Positions 20,106-29,772 of a stretch of DNA of 64,000 bases are shown here, piece by piece; position 1 is the stretch's first letter; every line of letters begins with the position of its first letter. Source of the DNA: Nitrospirota bacterium (GTDB lineage: Bacteria; Nitrospirota; Thermodesulfovibrionia; Thermodesulfovibrionales; Dissulfurispiraceae); contig JBFMCP010000011.1 of NCBI GenBank assembly GCA_040754455.1, positions 1 to 64,000 of the forward strand, read 5' to 3'. The notes beneath the pieces are model-generated. The model was given only the letters and a program-made list of their open reading frames with translations, was not told where the DNA came from and made no database searches. A program made the position numbers and the translations under genes.

Positions 20106-22634
20106 TCACAGCGGTTCGACCCAGCCGTTGTTCCAGCCGTAGACAGCGGTTCTCGTGACCTCAAGCTCTTTCATGCTGATGCCGGTCAAGGCCTCAATGG
20201 TTTCGGCGATGCGCACGTTCATCGTATCACGGTCCCGGACAACCAGCTCGAGAGAGAACTCCGCGCCTCCTCCAGCCGGTGCTTCCCGTATGTCGACCTG
20301 CTCGATGCAGGGTGCTATGTCAATCTCGTTGCCGTCACGCAGCACCGGCAGCGTCCGTTCGGACGAGCACATGAACCGATGCAGCTTTGTATCCGCTGCG
20401 CGCACCAGCCTGTTCAACGGCTCGCCTTTTACCCGATAAGCATACCTGCATATGAAACTGCTTAACGAAGGTGCATTCACCGGGATTACGGACATCTTAT
20501 GAATAGCGATGTCAGGGGGCAAGGTGCCGGCAAGCTCCCTGTTATAAAATTCTATATCAAAGGGCGTGAAAACCTCCATATCAAACCACTCCCGTTCTCC
20601 TGAAATGCCGACGCTCAGGGGAGGACCGAAAGAGACCTTTGGCGCCGGATGAAACCCCTTCGAGAAATCGAAGGGGACCCCTGCCCGGCGCAACCCCCTG
20701 ACCATGGCAGTCACCACTTCGAGATGCGAGAGATACCGCAAAGCGCCGGTCTTTGAGAACCGGACCCTGACCCTTACTTTTGGAGCCGGAGAATCGGGGG
20801 TTCGGTGAATGGGTGAATGGGTGAATCGGTGAATAGGCGAGACTGGATTTGTTTCCTTGCACTTTAATCCGCAGGCAGTACAGGTGTTCAGACAGCTAGG
20901 AGTCATCTCTTCCGAAAGCGCCCGCTCATACTCTTTCTGCAGGAACGCCTTTTTCACCCCGATATTGATATTTTCCCAGGGTAACGGTTCATTGATGTCG
21001 AAACGCCGCTCTGCATACGCAGCTCCATCGATGCCTGTGGCGTCCATTGCCCGCAGCCATTTGTCGAAATCGAACACCTCTGACCACCCGTCCAGCCTGC
21101 AGCCTGCCTCCCATGCTTTTTCGATGAGCACGGACAGACGCCCGTCCCCCCGCGCAAACACCGCCTCGAGAAAGCTCGTCCGTTCATCATGCCCCTTGTA
21201 CTTGAACTTCTTGCCGCTGAGCGTCTCCTTCAGATACTTCGACTTTCGCCGTATCTCGTCCAGGCTGATCTGTCCGCACCACTGAAACGGCGTGTGAGGC
21301 TTGGGTACAAAGGGAGAGATGGTCGTGCTGATATTGACGAACTTATTGGTATGCCGCTTCGCAATTTTCAATGCACGGGTTATCATCTCGCTGATGGCAT
21401 CAATGTCCTCATCGCGCTCGGTCGGGAGGCCGATCATGAAGTAGAGCTTGAGCGTAAGCCATCCCTCCTCGAAGAGCGACCTCAACGCCCGTTCGTAATC
21501 CTCATCGCTGAAATCTTTGTTGATGACCTTTCTCAGCCGCTCGGTGGCAGCCTCGGGAGCCATGGTGAACCCCGTCTTCCGCACCAACCGTATTTCCCTC
21601 AGCACCTCCTGGTTGATGGCGCCGACTCTCAAGGAAGGCAGGGAGAGCGCTATTTTCGAATCATGGTAGCGCTTATTAAATGTACGGACGACCGGGAGAA
21701 GGCAGGAGTAGTCTCCGGCGCTGAGCGAGGTGAGCGACACCTCGTCATAGCCGGTATTCCTGAGCGATGCTTCGGCGATCTCGAGCACCCGCTCGGCAGA
21801 GCGCTCCCTGAGCGGCCGGTAGATCATGCCTGCCTGGCAGAACCTGCACCCCATCGTGCATCCCCGCGAGACCTCGATAGTGACCCGGTCGTGCACGATG
21901 GAAGTATACGGCACCACCGGCGCTACCGGATACGGCGCCTGGTCGAGATCGGTGATGAACTGCCTCCTTATCGTTTCCTCAGAGGTATGGACGGAAGGAA
22001 CATAGAATCCCTCAACTTTTGCAATCTCCCGCAAGATCGTTTCACGCTTGTTATCTCCGGACAACTTCCATTGCCGCACCACATCGATCAGCTGCAGTAC
22101 TGCCTGCTCACCATCCCCTATGAGCAGGGCATCGAAAAAGGGAGCCATCGGCGCAGGATTGACCGTGCAGGGCCCGCCTGCTATAACCAGCGGATGGCGT
22201 TTGCCGGAATGAAGCCGCTCCTCTGCGCGCAGGGGAATCCCCCCGAGATGGAGCATGTTTAATACGGTGGTAAAGGAAAGTTCATACTGCAGGCTGAAGC
22301 CGACGAGATCGAACTCCCTGAGCGGCGTTCGGGTCTCGAGCGACGAAAGCAGGATGCCTTTCTCTTTCATGTATGCTTCAAGATCAATCCATGGTGAAAA
22401 CACCCGTTCGGCAGCGGCATAGGGGACCGCGTTGATGATGTCGTACAGCACCCTGAGCCCCAGGTGGGACATGCCCACATCGTAAATATCAGGAAACGAG
22501 AGCGCACACCGCACCGTCCCGGGTCCGGCAGCAGATCCTTTCGGGAAAACACCTGGAGACCGGTGCCGGGAGGAAAGGGAGTTGTACTCGTTGTCTATGT
22601 AGCGACTCGGTTTTTGGAAAAAAGAAAGGTTCAC
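20106..22634 (-). CDS. B12-binding radical SAM protein (TIGR03960-like) fused to a TIGR03936/DUF2344-like domain
   Basis: KPSRY, FPDIYDVGMSHLG, RGCTMGCRFCQAG; C-terminal RYLSHLE...FSKGFHP.PK.SFGPPL.VG; adjacent to rng. Confidence 0.92.
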   Translation of the reverse strand: MNLSFFQKPSRYIDNEYNSLSSRHRSPGVFPKGSAAGPGTVRCALSFPDIYDVGMSHLGLRVLYDIINAVPYAAAERVFSPWIDLEAYMKEKGILLSSLETRTPLREFDLVGFSLQYELSFTTVLNMLHLGGIPLRAEERLHSGKRHPLVIAGGPCTVNPAPMAPFFDALLIGDGEQAVLQLIDVVRQWKLSGDNKRETILREIAKVEGFYVPSVHTSEETIRRQFITDLDQAPYPVAPVVPYTSIVHDRVTIEVSRGCTMGCRFCQAGMIYRPLRERSAERVLEIAEASLRNTGYDEVSLTSLSAGDYSCLLPVVRTFNKRYHDSKIALSLPSLRVGAINQEVLREIRLVRKTGFTMAPEAATERLRKVINKDFSDEDYERALRSLFEEGWLTLKLYFMIGLPTERDEDIDAISEMITRALKIAKRHTNKFVNISTTISPFVPKPHTPFQWCGQISLDEIRRKSKYLKETLSGKKFKYKGHDERTSFLEAVFARGDGRLSVLIEKAWEAGCRLDGWSEVFDFDKWLRAMDATGIDGAAYAERRFDINEPLPWENINIGVKKAFLQKEYERALSEEMTPSCLNTCTACGLKCKETNPVSPIHRFTHSPIHRTPDSPAPKVRVRVRFSKTGALRYLSHLEVVTAMVRGLRRAGVPFDFSKGFHPAPKVSFGPPLSVGISGEREWFDMEVFTPFDIEFYNRELAGTLPPDIAIHKMSVIPVNAPSLSSFICRYAYRVKGEPLNRLVRAADTKLHRFMCSSERTLPVLRDGNEIDIAPCIEQVDIREAPAGGGAEFSLELVVRDRDTMNVRIAETIEALTGISMKELEVTRTAVYGWNNGWVEPL

Positions 22635-22745
22635 TTTTTAGGATAACATCCGGTCAGGGTATTAGGCAAGGAATGAGTCCTCCTGCACACTGAGCTGCAT
22701 GCATTGTCTCATGCAACTCAATGTGCAGGAGCAGCGGATGGTTGC

Positions 22746-22925
22746 TTATTTTTTTGAGGCAGACTTCTTTGCAGCTTTCTTTGCAGCAGGCTTCTTTGCT
22801 GCTTTCTTCTTCGCGGCCGGTTTCTTTGCTGCTTTCTTCTTTGCAGCCGGTTTCTTTGCTGCGGTTTTCTTCTTCGCTGCAGTCTTCTTTTTTGCGGCCG
22901 GTTTCTTTGCTGCTTTTGTTGCCAT
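22746..22925 (-). CDS. Histone H1-like Lys/Ala-rich protein (59 aa)
   Basis: AAGGAGGT RBS; MATKAAKKPAAKKK... built from AAKK/PAAKK repeats. Confidence 0.85.
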   Translation of the reverse strand: MATKAAKKPAAKKKTAAKKKTAAKKPAAKKKAAKKPAAKKKAAKKPAAKKAAKKSASKK

Positions 22926-23181
22926 ACACAACCTCCTTATTTTTAATTTGCTATAAATATACCTATCCATTTCAAAAAGTTCAAGAAAAAAACGCATAAA
23001 TTTATTTTTTTCATCAGCATGCATCATTACACCCATCCGTTGATGATGGTCCACCTTCACTCTGAAATGACGTTGTCTTTTCTTTTTGATGAGCAGAAAT
23101 AGGCGATCGATATTTCCGCCGAAGAATAAAAAGCCCTATACAATTTCCTCAATAAACCTGCTGTGCTAAAATACTGTCATC

Positions 23182-24060
23182 GTGAAGAGATACTTTATTT
23201 ATTCGATCATTCTTCATATGCTTATCATTGCGCTGGCCCTTGTTATCTCCAGAGAGCAGAAGGAAAAGGCCCCTCAGCCCTTTTATGCGAAGATAATCAC
23301 GCCGGAGGAACTGGATGGTAAAAAGACGATGCAGAGGCCGTCCGTTGCACCACGGAGAGAGAGACCTCCAGTGTTTCCACAGCTGCCTAAGAATCTGCCC
23401 CTGCCGAGGGACCTCTCGTCAGTTCCCACACGCCGCGCACCTGCGGCATCATCACCAAAGAATGCTCCCGAAGGTTACGAGTCAAAGCGCTCTCAACAAG
23501 GAGGTGCTCCTGATGTGCCCTCCAAAGATACCGCAAGTGCGGAGCGGGAGCGAGCTCCGCAAGAAGCGCACTTGGGCACACAAAAAGCACCTGAAGCAAA
23601 GAACGGCATTCCATCAGGAAAGCCGGGAACATCACAGGGTCCCTCCAGAACCGCGAGGGAGAAGCTCTTCGACAGAGAGGTAATCGGGAAGCTGGCCCAG
23701 GCAGACAAAGGGGAAGCACAACACGGCAGCAGCATCACTTTCGACACAAAAGAATACCGCTATTACGGCTACATGCAGCGGCTTAAAGACAAGATCGAAG
23801 GGATATGGATCTACCCTTCCGCAGCGGCAGCGCGGGGCATCTACGGTGATCTCTATATCAGATTCACCATCAAGAAGAACGGAAAGCTCGGCGCAGTAGA
23901 GGTCATCCGCACCTCGGGACATAAAGAGCTTGATGACGCGGCGCTCAAGGCGCTCAGGGATGCCGAGCCCTACTGGCCGCTCCCCGAAAGCTGGGAAGAG
24001 GAAGGACTCACCATAACCGGACACTTCGTCTATACCATCTATGGCACCTACATCAGATAA
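23182..24060 (+). CDS. TonB-family energy transducer
   Basis: N-terminal TM with SxxxH (YSIILHM), Pro-rich linker, TonB_C (IYPSAA..G..G...F.I...G...SG...LD.AAL). Confidence 0.88.
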   Translation: MKRYFIYSIILHMLIIALALVISREQKEKAPQPFYAKIITPEELDGKKTMQRPSVAPRRERPPVFPQLPKNLPLPRDLSSVPTRRAPAASSPKNAPEGYESKRSQQGGAPDVPSKDTASAERERAPQEAHLGTQKAPEAKNGIPSGKPGTSQGPSRTAREKLFDREVIGKLAQADKGEAQHGSSITFDTKEYRYYGYMQRLKDKIEGIWIYPSAAAARGIYGDLYIRFTIKKNGKLGAVEVIRTSGHKELDDAALKALRDAEPYWPLPESWEEEGLTITGHFVYTIYGTYIR

Positions 24061-24146
24061 GAGCCGCTCTCGATGCACTTTTTTTTCTCGTAACCCCGTC
24101 TCCCTATACCGTTACAAAACAACAAAGCTCCGCGTATAATAGAGAC

Positions 24147-24389
24147 ATGAAGTACAGATTGTATTTGCAAGTAGGCGACAAGGTGAGGCACCTGAAGTAC
24201 TTTGCGTGGGGAATCGGCGAGGTGATCGAGGAAAAGCATTCCGACCTGCCAGGAGGATTTTGCCTTGTGAGAATTCTCTTTCAGGACGGCAAAGAGCGCT
24301 CGTTCATCAACGACATCAACAACGAGCTCTGCTGCTACTTCACCGGCATACGGCTGATCGACGACCCGCGGTCGATTTGGGAAACCTGA
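24147..24389 (+). CDS. DUF3553-like small SH3-fold protein
   Basis: GDKVRH...WGIGEV...VRILF.DG..RSF. Confidence 0.7.
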   Translation: MKYRLYLQVGDKVRHLKYFAWGIGEVIEEKHSDLPGGFCLVRILFQDGKERSFINDINNELCCYFTGIRLIDDPRSIWET

Positions 24390-24418
24390 GTTGCTCTTTC
24401 TTGCCCTCTTATAACCCT

Positions 24419-26587
24419 TTATTGCTGTACTATCGATGGCGTTATAAAGATGAGCAATTCCTCAGCTGTTGAACCTTTTGTGTCCCGCTTGAACAATCTC
24501 CCCAGGATCGGAATTTTCGAAACGCCAGGAACCGCTGATTCACTCTCAGTCTCATTACTTTTCAGTATGCCGCCGATCGCAATCGTCTCACCGCTTCTCA
24601 GAAGCACCTGGGTCGTTGCCGATCGTGAATTGATGGTAGGGTTGCCAAGGCTGTCGGTCCTTGAAAAGTCAGGCTCATCCTTATTCACATCGACCTTCAG
24701 GAAGACCGTGCCGTCAGGCGTTACCTGGGGAGTGACCGTTAATTTGATGTTGGCATCCTTATAGGTTGTCGAGAACGTGCCGTCAGGCAGTCTGGTTGTC
24801 ACCGGGATCTGGGCGCCATGCCGTATGATCGCCTGTTCATTTTCAACCGTCATGATTTTCGGATTCGAAATAATCTTTCCTCTCCCGCTTGACTCAAGGG
24901 CGGAGAGTCTGAAATCGAGAAGCAAAGAGCCATCCCTATTGATATAGCCGAAACCAAACGCTGCACCTGCGCCCGATCCGACAGCTGCGGGCAAATTAAC
25001 GACAAGCGGCAGGAGACTCTGTGAGGTTGTTGATCCGGCAGGAACTTGACCCGTGCCCACTTGCGTCTCAGGCGAGCCTGTATAGTCGCTCACATCGGTC
25101 ACCGGATTTCTTGTACCGCCGAAAGAATACCGCCCCTGCTTTGAAAAGCCCCATTGTATCCCCAGATCCTTTGTAAGGTTCTTATTGATCTCTACCATTC
25201 TCGCTTCGATGAGCACCTGTGGGGTCGGCTTGTCGAGCGATTCAATGAGCTTTTGGAGCTCAACCTGTACGGAGGGAATATCCTTGACAATAAGGGACCG
25301 CGTCCTGGTATCGGTGCCGATACTCCCCCTCGGGGAAAGTGCCTTTGCCTTGTCGATCGACTCTTTCACCTTTTCAACATTGGCATAATTCACTGTAAAA
25401 ACGCGCGTCTCGATATCCTCGGCCTTGCCAAAGACCTCTTTGGTATCGGCAATCGCCTTCTTTTCATCCTGGAACGCTTTCAAAGTGGCTACTCTTATAA
25501 CATTGCCTTCGATCACTTTTTCCAGATTGAACGTTTTTAATACAATATCCAGCGCCTGTTCCCAGGGCACATTCATGAGCTTCATGGTGATCCTTCCCTT
25601 TACCTCAGGGTGCACCACGATGTTATAGCCGCTCACATCGCCCAAAAGCCTCAGGATCGGGACGATGTCGGCATCTTGAAAATCAAGAGAGATCAACCGG
25701 GCCGTCTCTTTTACCTCTTTCTGGTCCCCCGCCTGCATGACCGATGCAGCACCTGCCTTCGCCTTTCCCTGCACCACGTCTTTGCGGCGGATACTCACCA
25801 TCAGCTCGTCATCCAGCACAGCGACCTCTGCTGTGGCATCACGCTCCAGCTCAAGGATGAATCTGACCTTGCCCTGATCGGCTTTATAGGAGACCTTCTT
25901 GAGCGGTGCCGTTATATCAGAGGGCAGCGGGGCGCTCATAAGAACGCCGGGAATTTCGATGGTCACCTTGTTACTCAATTCAAAAACAATCGGATCAGGC
26001 ATCATGCCGTCTCCCTCGATAACAAGCTCGGCAACCTCACCTGCTTTGGTAAAGAGCACATTGACAATCGACCGGGCGGGACCCTCCCCACTCCCCGCAG
26101 GGTCGGGGCTCGCCGCTGTCGTTACTATTTCTGCAGCATCCTGTGCGACTGCTACTGTTTTTGCATCCTCTTTTATATAAAGCATGAGTGCATCATCTTT
26201 GATTGCAGCATCGATCGACGAGGGTGCCGGGAGGAGAATATTCAGATGCGCTGCCATTACAGGGGCGTGGGTCTGGAGGGGAGCAATTTCAGTAATGCCG
26301 GGCTTTGCAGAATAGATCTTATTCCTGAATGTTCCGATGCTCGCACCCTCTATCTCCACTATTGCCCTGAAGGGGTCGTCGGGTTTGTTGATCTTGTACC
26401 GGATCGGACCATTCAAAGTGATTTTGACGGCGTGATCCAATATCTCGATTCCGGTAACCTCGGATACCGGCTTCGTCCCGTTGCTGTCATCGGCAAAAGC
26501 AGGCATGCACAACCCCAGCAGTGCTACTCCAAAAGCAATGACAGTTATCACTATCCGTATATTGCTCATATTCAATTGCTCTCTCAT
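24419..26587 (-). CDS. pilQ: Type IV pilus secretin
   Basis: AMIN-like N-terminus, ISLDFQDADI, VPWEQALD, QVLIEARMVE, GVSKIPILGRLFK, ELLIFITP; true start may be the second Met. Confidence 0.95.
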   Translation of the reverse strand: MREQLNMSNIRIVITVIAFGVALLGLCMPAFADDSNGTKPVSEVTGIEILDHAVKITLNGPIRYKINKPDDPFRAIVEIEGASIGTFRNKIYSAKPGITEIAPLQTHAPVMAAHLNILLPAPSSIDAAIKDDALMLYIKEDAKTVAVAQDAAEIVTTAASPDPAGSGEGPARSIVNVLFTKAGEVAELVIEGDGMMPDPIVFELSNKVTIEIPGVLMSAPLPSDITAPLKKVSYKADQGKVRFILELERDATAEVAVLDDELMVSIRRKDVVQGKAKAGAASVMQAGDQKEVKETARLISLDFQDADIVPILRLLGDVSGYNIVVHPEVKGRITMKLMNVPWEQALDIVLKTFNLEKVIEGNVIRVATLKAFQDEKKAIADTKEVFGKAEDIETRVFTVNYANVEKVKESIDKAKALSPRGSIGTDTRTRSLIVKDIPSVQVELQKLIESLDKPTPQVLIEARMVEINKNLTKDLGIQWGFSKQGRYSFGGTRNPVTDVSDYTGSPETQVGTGQVPAGSTTSQSLLPLVVNLPAAVGSGAGAAFGFGYINRDGSLLLDFRLSALESSGRGKIISNPKIMTVENEQAIIRHGAQIPVTTRLPDGTFSTTYKDANIKLTVTPQVTPDGTVFLKVDVNKDEPDFSRTDSLGNPTINSRSATTQVLLRSGETIAIGGILKSNETESESAVPGVSKIPILGRLFKRDTKGSTAEELLIFITPSIVQQ

Positions 26588-27153
26588 CCCTCTTCCTCCC
26601 TGCGGAGCTTTAAAATAGTATCCCTCGGATTGACAACACCGCTATAATCTCGCACGTGCTCTCTGATGATCACGGCATCTCTCGTAATTCTTTGCACTTT
26701 CCCTCGATGCAAGCCCAGCTTCATCCCCTCTCTTATGGTGTAGGATTTGCCGTCGGGCAGCGTAATCACTGCATAATAGCCGGACCTGTTCCACAGGACG
26801 GCGATGAGCTTGAATTCCACTACTTCGTAACTCTCTATGGGGGTCAGCCCCTTTTTATCGATATCCGCCTTTACCACGAGCGGCATAAAGGGATCTCTTC
26901 TGCCCTGAGAAGTGTATTCATAGACAGGCACCGTCTTTTTCTCTGCGTCCTGTGCGTTTGCTTCCGCCGGTGCAGGGCTTTTTACCGGAAGATTCGCCTG
27001 AGCGGGAGATGGTGTTTTTGCCGGTGCAGGTGCTGCTTTGGCGGGAGCCGCAGGTTTCTGCGCACTGCCCCCTTTGCCGGTGAAATAGACGGCTGCTGCC
27101 GCACCGATAATGATGCCGAGGAGCGAGACCAATATGATGAGCCACTTTTTCAT
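26584..27153 (-). CDS. pilP: Type IV pilus assembly protein PilP
   Basis: RRDPF.PL, TPIESY, LIAVLW, DGKSY..REG.KLG; operon position. Confidence 0.9.
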   Translation of the reverse strand: MKKWLIILVSLLGIIIGAAAAVYFTGKGGSAQKPAAPAKAAPAPAKTPSPAQANLPVKSPAPAEANAQDAEKKTVPVYEYTSQGRRDPFMPLVVKADIDKKGLTPIESYEVVEFKLIAVLWNRSGYYAVITLPDGKSYTIREGMKLGLHRGKVQRITRDAVIIREHVRDYSGVVNPRDTILKLRREEEG

Positions 27154-27785
27154 TTCTTGTCCTTTGCTGCCTTTTCCAGCTCTTTTTTCTCGCTCTCGGA
27201 TAAAAGGGAATAGGTCATCGCGGTAAAACTCACATTGAGGCTTATCATCCCCTTCTGTTGCCGCTGGTCGCCCGTCTTCGCCTGTATATTGCCGATATTG
27301 ACGATCCTGTTCAACCCGGTGACATTGCTGAAGAACTGTCCGAACCTATGATAGGTGCCGCGCATCGCTACCTCAACCGGTATCTCATAGACCTCTTTGC
27401 TGGGATGTACACTTCTTTCCCGAGGCCGCCAGGAAATGATCTGAAGGCCCGATTTGATTCCCAAATCCGAGACCTGCTTCAACAGCCCGGAGACCTCTTT
27501 CTCCATAGGCAATTGCAGCTGCAGTTCGGCAAGCTTCTCGGTGAGCCTCTTGTTCTCTGCCATCAGGAGCGGAAGTTTTGCCGAGGTCTTCCGGAGCGTT
27601 GCGATCTCGTTATCCTGCCTCTCTAGCTCCTCGTTCAATTGGCGCATCTCTTCCAGCGCAGGTTTGATGAAGAGCATGACAAAGATCACTATGATCACGA
27701 GGGAAGGCAGCGCAAGAAGCAGGTTCTTCTTCAGAGGAGGAAGGCTCTCTATAGTGTTCATATCGACACCTAACTTAAATTCCAT
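27150..27785 (-). CDS. pilO: Type IV pilus assembly protein PilO
   Basis: TM, coiled coil, LP.EKEV.GLL, YEIPV...GTYH.FG.FF..V..L.RIV. Confidence 0.93.
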   Translation of the reverse strand: MEFKLGVDMNTIESLPPLKKNLLLALPSLVIIVIFVMLFIKPALEEMRQLNEELERQDNEIATLRKTSAKLPLLMAENKRLTEKLAELQLQLPMEKEVSGLLKQVSDLGIKSGLQIISWRPRERSVHPSKEVYEIPVEVAMRGTYHRFGQFFSNVTGLNRIVNIGNIQAKTGDQRQQKGMISLNVSFTAMTYSLLSESEKKELEKAAKDKK

Positions 27786-27792
27786 CTGTCAC

Positions 27793-28335
27793 TCACACCT
27801 TTATCTTGAAATTCAGTTTGAACCGGTAGACCTTTACCTTTTCTACTTCCGTTTCGCTCGATTCCTCCAGATAGACATCGGCGAAGCTCGGCGATTTCTT
27901 CAGGTTGTCCACATAGGCAACAATATCGTTATTGGTAAACGCGATGCCTTCGAGAGAAACGCCGTTATCCCTATAGAGAAACGAACTCAGCCAAACCCCT
28001 TCCGGTATCAGACTGCTCACCTCATCGAGGAGCTTTACCGGGACCGATTGATTCTTTCTTAATGTTTCGATGAGATTGCTCTTCTGCTCAAGCTCCTTAT
28101 TGAGCCGCTCGTATTTCTTTATTTCATTGATCCTCTTCGAGAGATCATTGATCGTTACTCTGTTTGTCTCCCGCTGCTCCTTCATGTGGGACACTTTGCT
28201 TTTAAGGAAAATGGTAGTGCCGCCTACAACAATGAGAGTTACGAGGGTGATGCCGGAGACGAGGACGAGAAAACCCGCCGGCCCCGCTGCCTTCTTCTTT
28301 TTCCTCTTCTCCGTGAGCAGGTTGACTCGTATCAT
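27793..28335 (-). CDS. pilN: Type IV pilus assembly protein PilN
   Basis: MIRVNLL, TM, coiled coil, IPEGVWL. Confidence 0.93.
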   Translation of the reverse strand: MIRVNLLTEKRKKKKAAGPAGFLVLVSGITLVTLIVVGGTTIFLKSKVSHMKEQRETNRVTINDLSKRINEIKKYERLNKELEQKSNLIETLRKNQSVPVKLLDEVSSLIPEGVWLSSFLYRDNGVSLEGIAFTNNDIVAYVDNLKKSPSFADVYLEESSETEVEKVKVYRFKLNFKIKV

Positions 28336-29399
28336 TACCGGTCACCGCTGCGCCGCAAAGCCAAACCCACCGCCACTGCGGTAATCGGCGCAATCTCCTT
28401 TATATAGGCGACGTCAAGTTTATCGGAGATCCTTATATTTTTGAAAGGGTCCGCGACTTCCACAGACATTCCGAGCCTCTCGGCCATCATTTCAGGAAAC
28501 CCCTTTATCAGTGCGGCACCGCCGCTCAGGATGATGCCGTGGATGTCCTCATCGCTTACGCTGCTCCTGAAGTATTCAAACGAGCGGTAGATTTCGGTAT
28601 AGATTTCATCTGAGGCGGTCGTAATGACGAGCTGGGCGTTTTCAGGAGCGGCTCCCTCTATAGACTGTCCCCTCTTGAGCCGCTCTGCGTCCTCACGTGA
28701 AACGGAAAGTTCTCTCATAAGGGCGTCCGTATGATTATTGCTGCCGATCGAGCTGTCCCTGGTGAAGACCGGAATTCCCGTCTGAAAGATATTGATGTTC
28801 GTTTTGCTCGCTCCTACGTTGACGAGGGCGATATTTTTTCCATTGGCGCTCTCGTAGTTGACCTCGTACATATTGCCGAGGGCAAAGGAGTCGATATCGA
28901 GCACAATAGGATCGAACCCGGCCTTTTCGACCGTTTCGACATACTCGGCAATAATGTTCTTCTTCACCGCAACGAGGACAACGTCCATCTGGCTCTCCTC
29001 ATCGGGCCGGGGGCCGAGGATCTGGAAGTCTATATTTACGTCGTTGATATCAAAAGGGATATACTGTTCCGCCTCGTATTTGATTGATGTGGCGAGCTCT
29101 TCCTCAGCCATCAGCGGTAACGTAATTTTTTTTATAATGACGGAGGAATGTCCTGATACACCGATGACCGCTTCCTTTGCCTTTATTCCCGCTTTGCCGA
29201 AGAGCTCCTTGATGGTACCGGCGACCATTCCCCTATCGGCGATGGACCCGTCGACAATACTTTCAGGCGGGAGCGGCAACATACCGGCAAAGGTAAGTTC
29301 ATAGCCCGAAGCGGTTTCATTGACCTGTGCGGCCTTTATATAACTCGAACCGATATCGAGACCTACAGGAATGCTCTTTCGTTTGAAGTTAAACGGCAT
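28335..29399 (-). CDS. pilM: Type IV pilus assembly protein PilM
   Basis: VGLDIGSS.IK, EAEQYIPF, LVNVGAS, ILSGGAA, AVGLALR. Confidence 0.96.
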   Translation of the reverse strand: MPFNFKRKSIPVGLDIGSSYIKAAQVNETASGYELTFAGMLPLPPESIVDGSIADRGMVAGTIKELFGKAGIKAKEAVIGVSGHSSVIIKKITLPLMAEEELATSIKYEAEQYIPFDINDVNIDFQILGPRPDEESQMDVVLVAVKKNIIAEYVETVEKAGFDPIVLDIDSFALGNMYEVNYESANGKNIALVNVGASKTNINIFQTGIPVFTRDSSIGSNNHTDALMRELSVSREDAERLKRGQSIEGAAPENAQLVITTASDEIYTEIYRSFEYFRSSVSDEDIHGIILSGGAALIKGFPEMMAERLGMSVEVADPFKNIRISDKLDVAYIKEIAPITAVAVGLALRRSGDR

Positions 29400-29477
29400 T
29401 GTCCCCCCATCTGTTGGCGCTGCGCGCTCTCTTATGCATAATTCCTCTCAACAGCAGATTTGTGCTCTATTGATAAA

Positions 29478-29592
29478 AGCAATTGCTGTGCCTGCTCTAA
29501 AAGCAGCGATACGACCTGCTCTGCTCTCTTGTCATCCCTATTTTGTCCATCAGGATGACGGTTAGCGAGTGATCTTTGTCACAAAATTGACA
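29478..29592 (-). promoter_or_regulatory. Sigma54 promoter and palindromic upstream activator site for pilMNOPQ
   Basis: Minus strand AGGCAC-AGCAA-TTGCT (29493-29478) with GG-N10-GC spacing; TGTCA-N6-TGACA palindrome at 29577-29592. Confidence 0.7.
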
Positions 29593-29687
29593 CTTTTTTT
29601 ATCGGGGGAGATAACAAAAACTTTAGGTAACTTTCACATATACAGGAATTACGCGTTTGGACCGAAGCCAGGGACGGAAAAAAAACG

Positions 29688-29756
29688 GAGTAGTGGAGTG
29701 CTAGTGGAGTGCTGGAGTGATGGATATTTCTGTTTCAGAATACTCCAGCGCTCCGC
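29688..29756. repeat. Octamer-repeat inverted element
   Basis: GGAGTAGT GGAGTGCT ... GGAGTGAT GGA against TACTCCAGCGCTCC. Confidence 0.65.
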
Positions 29757-29772
29757 TATCCCGTCTTCTTTT

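Noticed and set aside
22654..22999. Alternative-frame ORFs over the histone-like gene (FFAA repeats, KETG repeats)
   Set aside because: Shadow frames of the low-complexity repeat; only the Lys/Ala frame has a good RBS.
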